Source: a virus. Taken from it: a DNA stretch of 64,000 nt. The stretch spans positions 32,001 to 96,000 of the IMG/VR virus record IMGVR_UViG_3300032093_000042, one strand, 5' to 3'. Below are positions 20,704 through 31,024 of the stretch, one piece after another (within the stretch, counting starts at the first letter, position 1; every line of letters begins with the position of its first letter). The notes beneath the pieces are model-generated. The model made no database searches. It was given only the letters and a program-made list of their open reading frames with translations, and had not been told where the DNA came from. The translations under genes were made by a program, and so were the position numbers.

Positions 20704-23358
20704 ATGGCGAATTTAGACACAATTTATAATGAAAATTATGGTTCAACCGTAGTAACCAACGGTGATTTTATTGCTATAGGCAATCCACCGTGGAAAAAAT
20801 ACTCACAATGTGAGGGATTTTCAAGAATAGGTCAAGTATTTTTAATTAAAAATGATCGGTTTAATTCAAAATATCCTGTTATCAAAACGTATACAAAAAA
20901 GTTTTCTACTGAAAATGGTTATTTACCTACATATTATACTGAACAGAGTAGTAGTACATCATTTACAGCATCGTTTACAAAAGATGACGGTTACTACAAC
21001 GATACATCCACATCATGTAGTTATTTAGTAATTGAAGATGATAATATACACACATATCAGTCAAATTACGGATCTTCAATTGACATGTGTGATTATTTCT
21101 TAGCGATAGGAGATACAGGTGTAACAGCTAGTTTTTATACAGGTTATACATCTTCGTTTGCTTCCGTAGATATTTATGTAATTAATTCTAATTATACATA
21201 CGACACATCTAACGGCATAATGTCTTCGTTTAATGATTGTGACTCGGAATCAAATAGTCAGTTAGACAATAGTCCGGTTTGTGTAATAACTGGATCTATA
21301 TCCGAACATTTCGGTAAAACCGTAAGTATTACTAATAATTATCTAGCGGTTGGTGCACCTAATTACAATTCAGGAAGAGGCTGTGTTTATATATACAAAT
21401 ATGTAGACTCAGAATGTATATATCAACTGCAATCTACGGTGTCGTGTAGTTTAACTACATATCCATTACAATATAATTTCGGCAGTTCTATATGCTTAGA
21501 TAAAGCTACAGAAACTACACTGGTAGTAGGTAGTAATCAACTTTCACAATCAAACGTTTATATATTTATATCATCTTCAAATGGTTGGCAACTAAAACAA
21601 ACGTTAAGTCAAAATACGAGTTCTAACTATTATAAATTAAACGACGCAAACTTTGATTTTGTTGCGAGTGGCAGTCAGATAAATTCTAGATATGGATATT
21701 CGGTATCAATACACAAAAATTTACTAGCCGTAGGTGCACCAAATGATTTGATTTATTGGGAATATTCTGGATCAAATGTATTAAGACAACGTGGATCCGT
21801 TTATTTGTATACCGATGATATTTGTAACAATTCGGAAATAAGTGGTAATTTATTAGTAAACTATACGTTGTTAACGAAAGTATACGGAGACTCATCCACA
21901 TTTAAAGATAATTTATTTGGATTTTCAGTATCCACACATAATAATAAAGTTTTGATCGGATCGCCAAAACCATATTTTCCATTTAGTTCTATTTTTATTT
22001 CAAGTTCCATAGATTTTTATGATAATACATTCGATCAAACCGATTTCGGAGAATCTACGTATTGTGGCCAAACTTTATTATATTATGTAACTAATTCCAA
22101 CGTAGTACAACTGACTACAACTCCTATTTCAAAGCGAAAAGAATTAGGCAAACCGTACAATGCATTCGGATATTCTGTATCTGTGTCAGACGACAATTTA
22201 GTTATAGGAGCTCCCATACCACTTAACGACGATTTTCATCTACAAAGTTTGATAATAACCGAATCAGGCAGCGCTTCTCAACCACTTTATAAATTAACAT
22301 CGTCTTATCAAAGTGAAGACTGTTATATAACTTCTAGTTTTGTTTTAAATCAACTCGAAGAATGTATTAGTTGTGATTTTGGCGGTCCTATTAGTGGCGC
22401 TATTAGTGGCGCTATTGGTGGTGTATGTGACAATCTGATTATATTTGTTAACGAAGACGGAGATACTCAATACGTATCAAGTCAAATATTCGGCATGTCT
22501 TACATCTATGACATGAAAGATTTACAAAAAAATCATCACGTTGGTAATGTGTTTTACAATAATAATAAAATTGTTATTAATAATACAGGTAGTATATTAA
22601 AGAATTTGACACTTGATCCCACCGATTTTAACAATTCATATTTGTATATGGATTATCAAAGTCAAATGTCTCTACATGAAAAACAGTATATATGTACAAT
22701 TGAACCCGGCGAATTTAACGTTTCAACAAATCCATCTGCAATAACATCTTCATACTTTGAATATGATATACTGAATAAAAACGTGTTTGATTTTAATAAT
22801 CTTGATATTATAATGAGATATCTAAATTATAGAATTACAAATAATTCTTCGGAGAAATGGTGGTTAAATTTTGTGAGCGGTGATGTAGATGAATCCGTGT
22901 TTAATTATTACACATCTTCATTTACGAATTACGACGATAATCGTCTAACACAAACAATAAAAGATAAGTTCTGTGACGTCGATTTAGATATTAACAACGA
23001 TGGTGTTACAAATAATCAAGACGCAGAAATATTATGGAAATATTTTATAAATGATTTGACAATAAATAATTATCAGAATTATTTAAATCCACGAGCAAAA
23101 CGTACAAATTATGATAATATTGTTGGATTTTTAAATGAAAAAACGGGAAAATTTAATACAAAACTAATTAAACAAGAATTTTTTAATTTTAATTATAGTT
23201 CTTCAATTGATATAACAGGTTCATATCTAGCCCCATATATTACAACGGTTGGTTTATACAGCGATCAAGGAGAATTGGTCGCGGTTGCTAAATTAGCTCA
23301 ACCAATTAAAAATACAAGTGAAATTCCAATTAATATTGTTGTTAAATGGGATACTTAA
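20704..23358 (+). CDS. structural protein with an FG-GAP beta-propeller, a dockerin/EF-hand-like loop and a C-terminal baseplate-attachment domain
   Basis: Repeated FG.SVS.....L.VGAP...G.VY.Y; DLDINNDGVTNNQDAEIL; C-terminal YITTVGLY...ELVAVAKLAQPI. Confidence 0.75.
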   Translation: MANLDTIYNENYGSTVVTNGDFIAIGNPPWKKYSQCEGFSRIGQVFLIKNDRFNSKYPVIKTYTKKFSTENGYLPTYYTEQSSSTSFTASFTKDDGYYNDTSTSCSYLVIEDDNIHTYQSNYGSSIDMCDYFLAIGDTGVTASFYTGYTSSFASVDIYVINSNYTYDTSNGIMSSFNDCDSESNSQLDNSPVCVITGSISEHFGKTVSITNNYLAVGAPNYNSGRGCVYIYKYVDSECIYQLQSTVSCSLTTYPLQYNFGSSICLDKATETTLVVGSNQLSQSNVYIFISSSNGWQLKQTLSQNTSSNYYKLNDANFDFVASGSQINSRYGYSVSIHKNLLAVGAPNDLIYWEYSGSNVLRQRGSVYLYTDDICNNSEISGNLLVNYTLLTKVYGDSSTFKDNLFGFSVSTHNNKVLIGSPKPYFPFSSIFISSSIDFYDNTFDQTDFGESTYCGQTLLYYVTNSNVVQLTTTPISKRKELGKPYNAFGYSVSVSDDNLVIGAPIPLNDDFHLQSLIITESGSASQPLYKLTSSYQSEDCYITSSFVLNQLEECISCDFGGPISGAISGAIGGVCDNLIIFVNEDGDTQYVSSQIFGMSYIYDMKDLQKNHHVGNVFYNNNKIVINNTGSILKNLTLDPTDFNNSYLYMDYQSQMSLHEKQYICTIEPGEFNVSTNPSAITSSYFEYDILNKNVFDFNNLDIIMRYLNYRITNNSSEKWWLNFVSGDVDESVFNYYTSSFTNYDDNRLTQTIKDKFCDVDLDINNDGVTNNQDAEILWKYFINDLTINNYQNYLNPRAKRTNYDNIVGFLNEKTGKFNTKLIKQEFFNFNYSSSIDITGSYLAPYITTVGLYSDQGELVAVAKLAQPIKNTSEIPINIVVKWDT

Positions 23359-23389
23359 TTATATTTATTATATATAACACAATAAAAAT

Positions 23390-23713
23390 ATGGCAACCTC
23401 ACCTGATAGTAAAAAAATTAATCGTGAATCATTAAATCAAAGTCTATCCGACAGATACATTAGTGGTCAATCCGCAGGCGGCGCATATCAGCCAGTACAA
23501 AAAAACGTTAAGACAGTTGGGTCCAATGAAATTTCGTTAGGCGGTAGTACTTTTGATACAAACTATACTGTAACCAAGGGTTTTAAAATTAAACAAGGTA
23601 CACAACAAACCGAGTTTAAAGACGCTGTTGATGGTCAACGATCATTACAACAGTCAATATATTTAAAAGGTTTTAATAATAAGAAATATACTAACGGATC
23701 TTTTGGTCGTTAA
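23390..23713 (+). CDS. hypothetical protein
   Basis: 107-aa ORF; TATTTATT upstream. Confidence 0.6.
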   Translation: MATSPDSKKINRESLNQSLSDRYISGQSAGGAYQPVQKNVKTVGSNEISLGGSTFDTNYTVTKGFKIKQGTQQTEFKDAVDGQRSLQQSIYLKGFNNKKYTNGSFGR

Positions 23714-23725
23714 TATATATTCTAA

Positions 23726-24235
23726 ATGGTTATATTAGGATTAGATTCATCGACATCAGTAACAGGTTGGGCTTTCAGTGAAAACGGAAAGATACTGGAT
23801 GCTGGCTTTATTGACACAAAAAAATTTGATACGACTAAAGAAAAAACATTTCATGTAATTTCAGAGTTGGAATCAAACAAATATTGTAAATTATTTGAAC
23901 AAATTAACTTGGAAGCTGCTCTAAGCGGGTTCGCCGGCGGTTTTACTAGTCAACAAACGATTATTACACTCGCAAGACACAACGCGGTCTTTGCATACAT
24001 AATAGAAGAACACTTTAAAAAGAAAGTAAACCTATTGAGCGTAAATACAATGCGTAAGCAAATATTTGGTAAATGTAGAATCAAAGGAATAAAGTCCAAA
24101 GACTTTGTTAAGCAAGAGTTGGAATCGTTGATACCAGACGTTGTTAACTTTACGGTTAAGAATAAAAAAGGTAATTGGGATGAACGCAACTGTGATATGT
24201 ATGACGCTATCGTAGCCGGCTTATATAAAAATTAA
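23726..24235 (+). CDS. ruvC: RuvC-like Holliday junction resolvase
   Basis: ILGLDSSTSVTGW (catalytic D), INLE, and DMYDAI (DxxD) RNase H-fold acidic residues. Confidence 0.85.
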   Translation: MVILGLDSSTSVTGWAFSENGKILDAGFIDTKKFDTTKEKTFHVISELESNKYCKLFEQINLEAALSGFAGGFTSQQTIITLARHNAVFAYIIEEHFKKKVNLLSVNTMRKQIFGKCRIKGIKSKDFVKQELESLIPDVVNFTVKNKKGNWDERNCDMYDAIVAGLYKN

Positions 24236-24240
24236 AGTGC

Positions 24241-24269
24241 TTGATTAAATTTAAATGTTTTGATATACT
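24241..24269 (+). promoter_or_regulatory. sigma70-type promoter (extended -10) for the primase operon, probably leaderless
   Basis: TTGATT-17 nt-TATACT with TGn extension; ATG 7 nt after the -10 box. Confidence 0.7.
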
Positions 24270-24276
24270 ATAGTAA

Positions 24277-25194
24277 ATGACTAATGGTTCTGTTATAGAA
24301 ACGCTTTCAAAACTGTTTAAGCAAAAGCCTCATATACAAAAAGGTGGAGATGAAATATTAGTTTTTTGTCCGAATTGTAAACATCACAAAAGAAAATTAA
24401 ATATCAACACCACAACCGGTTATTATCAGTGTTGGGTATGTGGCTTTAGTGGTAAAAGTTTTACGTCTTTGTTGAAGAAAGTAAAAGCGCCTGCTGAATT
24501 TTATAAGGTATTGTGTAAGGACAAAGTTAAGATAACTTATACAATTGAAGAAGATAAAAAAGATCTCGTTTTACCTGAAGAATTTAAACCTTTGTGTAAA
24601 CCCAATAAAGACTTTGCTTATAAACACGCTTTAAACTATTGTTTACAACGTAATCTTACAATTCATGAAATTGTTAGATACAACATTGGATACTGTTCCG
24701 AAGGCAATTTTGCTAATAGGGTAATTATTCCATCATATGACAAAGACGGAAAGTTAAACTTTTATTGTGGTAGAGATTTTTGTGGCGGCAAACTCAAATA
24801 CAGACTGTGTGATGGTAGTAAAGATATAATTGGCTTTGAATTATTTACAGACTTTAATCAACCTCTCACAATCGTAGAAGGACCGTTTGATGCTTTGTCG
24901 GTTAAATACAACGTCGTACCTTTATTTGGTAAAACTCTATCAAGAAAATTAAAAATAAAATTGATGGTGAATAAACCACCTAGAGTAAATGTTCTTTTGG
25001 ATAACGATGCTTTATCTTCAAGTATCAAAATCTGTGAGTTTTTAGTAAGTAACAATATAGAAACACACTTGGTATTGTTGGATGGCAAAGATCCAAATGA
25101 AATAGGTCACAAAAAAACTTGGCAAACCATCAGTAACAGTGTTAGAATGGATGAAAGTCTATTGTACCGATATAAGTTAACAAATAAATTATGA
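24277..25194 (+). CDS. dnaG: DNA primase (zinc finger + TOPRIM)
   Basis: CPNC...CWVC zinc ribbon, NRVIIP, VEGPFDA, LLDND, KDPNE. Confidence 0.9.
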   Translation: MTNGSVIETLSKLFKQKPHIQKGGDEILVFCPNCKHHKRKLNINTTTGYYQCWVCGFSGKSFTSLLKKVKAPAEFYKVLCKDKVKITYTIEEDKKDLVLPEEFKPLCKPNKDFAYKHALNYCLQRNLTIHEIVRYNIGYCSEGNFANRVIIPSYDKDGKLNFYCGRDFCGGKLKYRLCDGSKDIIGFELFTDFNQPLTIVEGPFDALSVKYNVVPLFGKTLSRKLKIKLMVNKPPRVNVLLDNDALSSSIKICEFLVSNNIETHLVLLDGKDPNEIGHKKTWQTISNSVRMDESLLYRYKLTNKL

Positions 25195-28100
25195 TTGTAT
25201 TAAAAAATACAGATGAAAAAATCAATTGCATAGTGCACATTGCAGATATTCATATTCGTCTTACACAAAGACACGATGAATATAAGTCGGTTTTTCAAAA
25301 GTTTTATGCAGCCCTTGATAAAGCAAAAACACTAAATGCATTGTTAGTAATTGCAGGTGACATTTTTCATAATAAATCCGATCTAAGTCCGGAGTGTGTG
25401 AAAATTGGAAGTGAATTTTTAAAGAACTGTGCAGATCGTCTTCCTACAATTCTCATAGCTGGAAATCATGATGCTACATTAGCTAATAAATCTAGATTAG
25501 ATTGTTTAACTCCAATCGTAGACAGTTTAAATCATTCAAATCTTTATTACTTAAAAGCTAGTGATGTATTTAGATATGAAAACATCTTATTTAATAATTT
25601 CAGTGTATTTGATAGTCCTGAAAAATACGTAAAATTAGACGATGTACCCGCAAAGTATCTGGTTGGTACGGATCATCATATTGCACTATTTCACGGCCCA
25701 GTAAATAATGCAATTACTGATATTGGATATACCGTGAGCAATCGTGCAATCACAAACGAACTGTTTGATGGACATCATATTGCAATGTTGGGTGATATTC
25801 ATAAACATCAAGTTCTACAAGAATATGATGAAAAGGAAAATAAACCAGTCATTGCATATGCATCAAGCATGATTCAACAAAATCATGGTGAAGAACTTAG
25901 AGGACATGGATTTTTGATGTGGGACTTAAAACGTAAAGTATTTAAACACTACGAGTTATCTAATGACTATGGGTTTTATACAGTTGAAATTAACAAAGGC
26001 AAACTAGTAACGGATATTTCATCAATTCCAAAGAAGGTTACATTAAGAGTAATCTGTAGGGAATCTATACCCTCACAGGTAAAGGAAATCGTAAGTGAAA
26101 TTAAAGAAAAATGTACTTTAGTTGAAACTACTTATGTTCGTGGCGATGAACTTTCTAATGATTTGACTTTAAAGTCTGGTCAGATATTTGACATACACAA
26201 CATTTTTAATGTAGATTATCAAAATAAACTTATTGAAGATAATCTCTTAACTAAGAACATAGATAAAGATATCATAGAGAAGGTTAAAGAGTTAAATAAA
26301 TCTCTAAACAAAGAGATATCTAAAGATAAGACACCAAAGAACATTCGATGGAAGCCAAAGATGTTTGAGTTTGATAACATGTTTAGTTATGGTGAGGGTA
26401 ACATAATTGATTTCACAAAACTAAAAGGCACTATCGGATTATTTGCACCAAATGCAAGTGGTAAATCAAGCATCATGGATGCACTTGCATTTTGTGTATT
26501 TGATAAGTTTAGTAAAGGGTTCAAAGCATCACATGTTTTAAATACTCAAAAGATGAGCTTTCGTTGTAAATTTAATTTTGAGGTCAACGGTGTTGATTAC
26601 TTTATTGAACGTGATGGTAAATCCGATAAAAAAGGAAATGTTAAAGTTGAGGTTAAGTTCTATAAAATAGAAAACGGTAATGAAGTACCATTAAACGGAG
26701 AAGCTCGGCGAAGTACAAATGATATAATCAGAGATTACGTAGGCACGTATGAAGATTTTATTTTAACGGTTCTTAGTATACAAAATAGTAAGGCCGGATC
26801 TTTTATCGATCTGGGTCAAACTGAACGTAAAGATTTGTTGTGCCAATTTATGGGATTAACTGTATTTGATCAATTGTATAATTTGGCAAATGATAAGTTT
26901 AAAGAAACAAATACACTTTTAAAGAATGTAAGCAAAGAACAGTTACTACAAGAATTACAAAATGTATCCAGTAGTATTGATAGTAATAATACAAGTATTA
27001 CACAATACAATTTAGAAGTAAAAGACTTAGAATCTAAAAAAGATGATCATAATAACAAGTTATTAGAACTATCAAATAATGTTATTAAGACATCTTCGTT
27101 TGATATTGACATTACTAAACTAGAATCCGAAAAGAAATCTTTAGAATCTAATATCAATAGATTTGAAAAAGATATCAATGATAAAAAGACCAAGTTTTCA
27201 TCTATTGAAACTGAGTTATATAGTTTATCTTCTTCATTAAAAAGTTGTGAAAATATAGAAACCGATTATGATCAATATAAAATTTATAAAGATGAAGAAT
27301 CAAAAAAATCTTCAGAAATTGATAAGCTTAAAGTAGTAGTTAAAAATAAAATTGATAAACTTAAAAAATTAGAAGAACACAAATATGATCCTAATTGTAC
27401 GTATTGTATAAATAACGTTTTTGTGAAAGATGCTATCAAGACTAAAGAAGAACTGGAACATGATAAAAACAAAGGAAAATTATTGGTAGAAGAATATAAT
27501 GTTATTAAATCTAAGTTAGATTTTTTTGGTGACATTGAATCTCGTTACAAAGAATGTCAACGTGTAAATTCTGAAAAGGTTAGATTAGAAAAATCCAAAG
27601 AGATTTTGTCTACAGCAATACTACGTGATGAAAATTTTAAAATCAGATTACAAAACGATTTGAGTAATGTAATTCATAATATTGAAAATTTTTATAAAAA
27701 TAAAGATATTATTGAAAATAACATCAAGTTAATAACAGAAATTGATGTTGTAAAATCTTCTATCAAAGATTATGAATCTCAGATTAAATCATTGAATAAT
27801 AAATTGTTTAATATTTCTACGGAAAAAGGAAGACTTGAGTTGCAGTATAAAAATACTACCGATCAACTTAGCAAAGTTAAAGAGCTTGAAGATTCGTATG
27901 AGTCTTATAAACTATATACCAATGTTATAAGTCGGGATGGAATTCCGTATGAAATTATTACCAAGACTTTGCCTGAAATTGAAAAAGAAGTTAATAATAT
28001 TCTTCAACAGTTAGTTGAGTTTACAGTAACTATGCAAACAGATGGTAAGAATATTATGACTAATATAGTTTATGACGATAAACGTTGGCCACTTGAAATG

Positions 28101-28376
28101 GCAAGTGGCATGGAGAAGTTTGTAAGTGGATTAGCAATTAGAGTTGCTTTAATTAATATTAGTAATTTGCCTAGACCAAATATTATTTGTATAGACGAAG
28201 GATTTGGATGTGCTGACAGTGATCATTTGGGTCAAATGGGCGTGTTGTTTAATTATTTAAAACATCAATTTGAGTTCATATGGATAATCAGCCATTTGGA
28301 CCAAATGCGTGATATGGTGGATACCAGAGTGGAAATAAAAAAAGAAGGAGGATATAGTAAAGTAGTATGTATTTAA
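25191..28376 (+). CDS. sbcCD: fused Mre11/SbcD nuclease - Rad50/SbcC ATPase (gp47-gp46-like)
   Basis: Phosphoesterase motifs DIH, GDIFH, GNHD, FHG, GDIH; Walker A APNASGKSS; zinc hook CTYC in a coiled coil; signature ASGMEK; Walker B ICIDEGFG; IISH. Confidence 0.92.
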   Translation: MIVLKNTDEKINCIVHIADIHIRLTQRHDEYKSVFQKFYAALDKAKTLNALLVIAGDIFHNKSDLSPECVKIGSEFLKNCADRLPTILIAGNHDATLANKSRLDCLTPIVDSLNHSNLYYLKASDVFRYENILFNNFSVFDSPEKYVKLDDVPAKYLVGTDHHIALFHGPVNNAITDIGYTVSNRAITNELFDGHHIAMLGDIHKHQVLQEYDEKENKPVIAYASSMIQQNHGEELRGHGFLMWDLKRKVFKHYELSNDYGFYTVEINKGKLVTDISSIPKKVTLRVICRESIPSQVKEIVSEIKEKCTLVETTYVRGDELSNDLTLKSGQIFDIHNIFNVDYQNKLIEDNLLTKNIDKDIIEKVKELNKSLNKEISKDKTPKNIRWKPKMFEFDNMFSYGEGNIIDFTKLKGTIGLFAPNASGKSSIMDALAFCVFDKFSKGFKASHVLNTQKMSFRCKFNFEVNGVDYFIERDGKSDKKGNVKVEVKFYKIENGNEVPLNGEARRSTNDIIRDYVGTYEDFILTVLSIQNSKAGSFIDLGQTERKDLLCQFMGLTVFDQLYNLANDKFKETNTLLKNVSKEQLLQELQNVSSSIDSNNTSITQYNLEVKDLESKKDDHNNKLLELSNNVIKTSSFDIDITKLESEKKSLESNINRFEKDINDKKTKFSSIETELYSLSSSLKSCENIETDYDQYKIYKDEESKKSSEIDKLKVVVKNKIDKLKKLEEHKYDPNCTYCINNVFVKDAIKTKEELEHDKNKGKLLVEEYNVIKSKLDFFGDIESRYKECQRVNSEKVRLEKSKEILSTAILRDENFKIRLQNDLSNVIHNIENFYKNKDIIENNIKLITEIDVVKSSIKDYESQIKSLNNKLFNISTEKGRLELQYKNTTDQLSKVKELEDSYESYKLYTNVISRDGIPYEIITKTLPEIEKEVNNILQQLVEFTVTMQTDGKNIMTNIVYDDKRWPLEMASGMEKFVSGLAIRVALINISNLPRPNIICIDEGFGCADSDHLGQMGVLFNYLKHQFEFIWIISHLDQMRDMVDTRVEIKKEGGYSKVVCI

Positions 28377-28380
28377 TATT

Positions 28381-31020
28381 ATGAAAATTTTGTTTATAAC
28401 ACCTCACTTATCTACCGGAGGAGCTCCTCAATACCTTTTAAAAAAAATATTAGAATTGATAAATAACCACGAAATTTATTGTATTGAATATTCAAATATT
28501 ACAGGAGGAGTTTTGGTTGTTCAAAGATCACAGATAGAACAATTATTGGGTAATAAACTTATAACTCTGACGGATAATAAAACCGAATTGATCGATCATA
28601 TAAAAAATATAAATCCGGATATAATTCATTTAGAAGAATTGCCCGAATATTTTTGTGACCGAGAAATATCCAAAAAAATATATACCAATGAACGATCATA
28701 TAAGATCATAGAAACCTCACACGACAGTAGTTTTAATATTTCACAAAAACAATTTTTTCCTGATAGTTTCGTTTTTGTTAGTGAGTATCAAAAAAACATG
28801 TTTTCACCGTTATCTATACCATCTTACGTGGTAGAGTATCCTATATCATATAAAGTAAAAACTGATCGTAATAAATCACTTTTAAATCTCGGATTGGATC
28901 CTAATAAAAAACATTTTCTGAATGTTGGGTTGTTTACTTCTAGAAAAAATCAGTCTGAAATTATTGATTATGCCAGAAAATTATTAGATAAAAACGTACA
29001 ATTTCATTTTGTCGGTAACCAAGCGGATAATTTTAAAAGCTATTGGGAACCTTTAATGAAAAGTTTTCCTGCAAATTGTAAATGGTGGGGAGAAAGACGA
29101 GACGTTGATACGTTTTACAACGCTATGGATGTTTTTATTTTTACTTCAAGAGGACACGCTAACGATAAAGAAACAAGTCCTTTAGTTTTAAGAGAAGCAA
29201 TTGGTTGGAATATGCCTATATTGATGTATAATCTACCTGTATACTGTGGGATGTACAATAAATATAAAAATATTACGTGGTTAACTAATGATTTGGAAGA
29301 TAATCTATTTTTAATAAAAAATTTCATATCTGATACCGTTATCAATGAGTCTACCGACCCCAAAACAACATTAGATACATCTGTTAAAATTAATAATTTA
29401 TTCAACGTTAAGTTTGAAAATTCAAATAAAATTGTTTTTGAATATTTAAGCGATAAAAATATAGAATGTCACGTTGTTATAAAAGATGTTGATTCAAATA
29501 TTCCTATCTATAATTTTAAGAATATTTTTTATAAAAATTCGACATTTTGGACCATTCCTATTCCAACACACGTGTTTGATTTTGAAAAAGAAGATACGTT
29601 TCGTGGATTTTTAATAGAAATATATGATCTAAATAAAAAAATAATAACGTCTACGGAATTGTATATTGATAAAAATAGAAAGAATGATAAATTTAAATTT
29701 AATATAATAAATCCTTTTGATTTGTTATTTCACAACTATCTAGAAATGTTTGTGAAAAAAAATTATGATTGTTATGGTATAGATAATTTATCTACAGTTA
29801 TAGATATAGGTGCAAACTCAGGATTATTTTCTAAACTGTGTTTTGATAAAAACGCAAAACAAATTTTTGCTATAGAGCCAAACATAAATTGTTTATCAAA
29901 CTTACGTAGTATTTTTAACGACGAAAACAGAATTACAATTATTAATAAAGCTATCTCTGACTTTGTGGGGACGGTTGATTTGTATACAAACGATGATTGT
30001 ACTACGTTAAGTTCTTTATATAAAGAACACGCTAATACTAATACTTGTACTCAAACCGTAGATTGTACTACTTTGGAAAAAATAGTTAATGATTATAACA
30101 TTAAACAAATATCTCTGCTTAAACTAGACGTAGAAGGAGCCGAGTATTCTATATTAGAAAATCTAAACAAAAATATTTATGATATCACCGATTCAATTTT
30201 ATTGGAATATCATGACAATAAAGACAAACGTGTTAAAAAGCTAGTGGAAATATTAGAATCACATGGATTTAGTATTTTACAAGTTAGAAATCACAGTAAA
30301 AATAACGAAGATATAATTGACAATTATCTAAATATAGATAATGCAACTATATATGCAAAAAAAGAAAATAAAAAAGAGTTACTAGTTACTGATATAGAAT
30401 TCCTTAAAAAAGAAATTGCTAATATAAAAGGAATTTGCCATGTAGGATCTCACGTAGGAGCTGAAGTTAAAGAATATGTTAAAAATGATGTAGATACAAT
30501 GGTTTGGGTCGAAGCCAATTATTTAATATTAAATAAATTAATTAATAATACGGCTAAGTTTGGTAAAAAACAATATTGGTTACCGTTTACTCTTTATAAT
30601 AAAGATGATATAATTAAAAATTTTAATATATCAAATAACGAAGAAAGTTCTTCCGTTTTAGAGTTAGGAGAAGAACATAAAAAACAATATCCACACATTC
30701 ACTATAATAATAAAATATCGGTATTGACAAAAAGATTTGATACATATGTCAATAGTCAGACTGATTTTAATTGGAATGATATTAATATGTTAGTAGTAGA
30801 TTGTCAAGGATCAGATTTACAGGTTTTAGAAGGATTCGGAGATTTACTACACTCACCTTCGTTAAAGATAATAAAAACAGAAGTAAACATAGGTAATATG
30901 TATGAAGGAAATGCTTCGGAAGAAGATATAGTTAAATATTTGTCAAACTTTAATTTTATTAAAAAGTATTGGTTTTACACATATCATCAGTGGGGCGATA
31001 TTGTTTTTGTTAAAAATTAA
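28381..31020 (+). CDS. multidomain GT4 glycosyltransferase with two FkbM-family methyltransferase domains
   Basis: HLSTGGAPQY, NVGLF..RKNQ, ETSPLVLREA (GT-B); VIDIGANSG...IEPN...LKLDVEGAE; second CHVGSHVG.E...VEAN...VDCQGSDL..LEG. Confidence 0.88.
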   Translation: MKILFITPHLSTGGAPQYLLKKILELINNHEIYCIEYSNITGGVLVVQRSQIEQLLGNKLITLTDNKTELIDHIKNINPDIIHLEELPEYFCDREISKKIYTNERSYKIIETSHDSSFNISQKQFFPDSFVFVSEYQKNMFSPLSIPSYVVEYPISYKVKTDRNKSLLNLGLDPNKKHFLNVGLFTSRKNQSEIIDYARKLLDKNVQFHFVGNQADNFKSYWEPLMKSFPANCKWWGERRDVDTFYNAMDVFIFTSRGHANDKETSPLVLREAIGWNMPILMYNLPVYCGMYNKYKNITWLTNDLEDNLFLIKNFISDTVINESTDPKTTLDTSVKINNLFNVKFENSNKIVFEYLSDKNIECHVVIKDVDSNIPIYNFKNIFYKNSTFWTIPIPTHVFDFEKEDTFRGFLIEIYDLNKKIITSTELYIDKNRKNDKFKFNIINPFDLLFHNYLEMFVKKNYDCYGIDNLSTVIDIGANSGLFSKLCFDKNAKQIFAIEPNINCLSNLRSIFNDENRITIINKAISDFVGTVDLYTNDDCTTLSSLYKEHANTNTCTQTVDCTTLEKIVNDYNIKQISLLKLDVEGAEYSILENLNKNIYDITDSILLEYHDNKDKRVKKLVEILESHGFSILQVRNHSKNNEDIIDNYLNIDNATIYAKKENKKELLVTDIEFLKKEIANIKGICHVGSHVGAEVKEYVKNDVDTMVWVEANYLILNKLINNTAKFGKKQYWLPFTLYNKDDIIKNFNISNNEESSSVLELGEEHKKQYPHIHYNNKISVLTKRFDTYVNSQTDFNWNDINMLVVDCQGSDLQVLEGFGDLLHSPSLKIIKTEVNIGNMYEGNASEEDIVKYLSNFNFIKKYWFYTYHQWGDIVFVKN

Positions 31021-31024
31021 TCAT

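Noticed and set aside
22388-22420. 12-bp tandem repeat encoding ISGAISGAIGG
   Set aside because: Short in-frame slippage duplication with no further evidence of function
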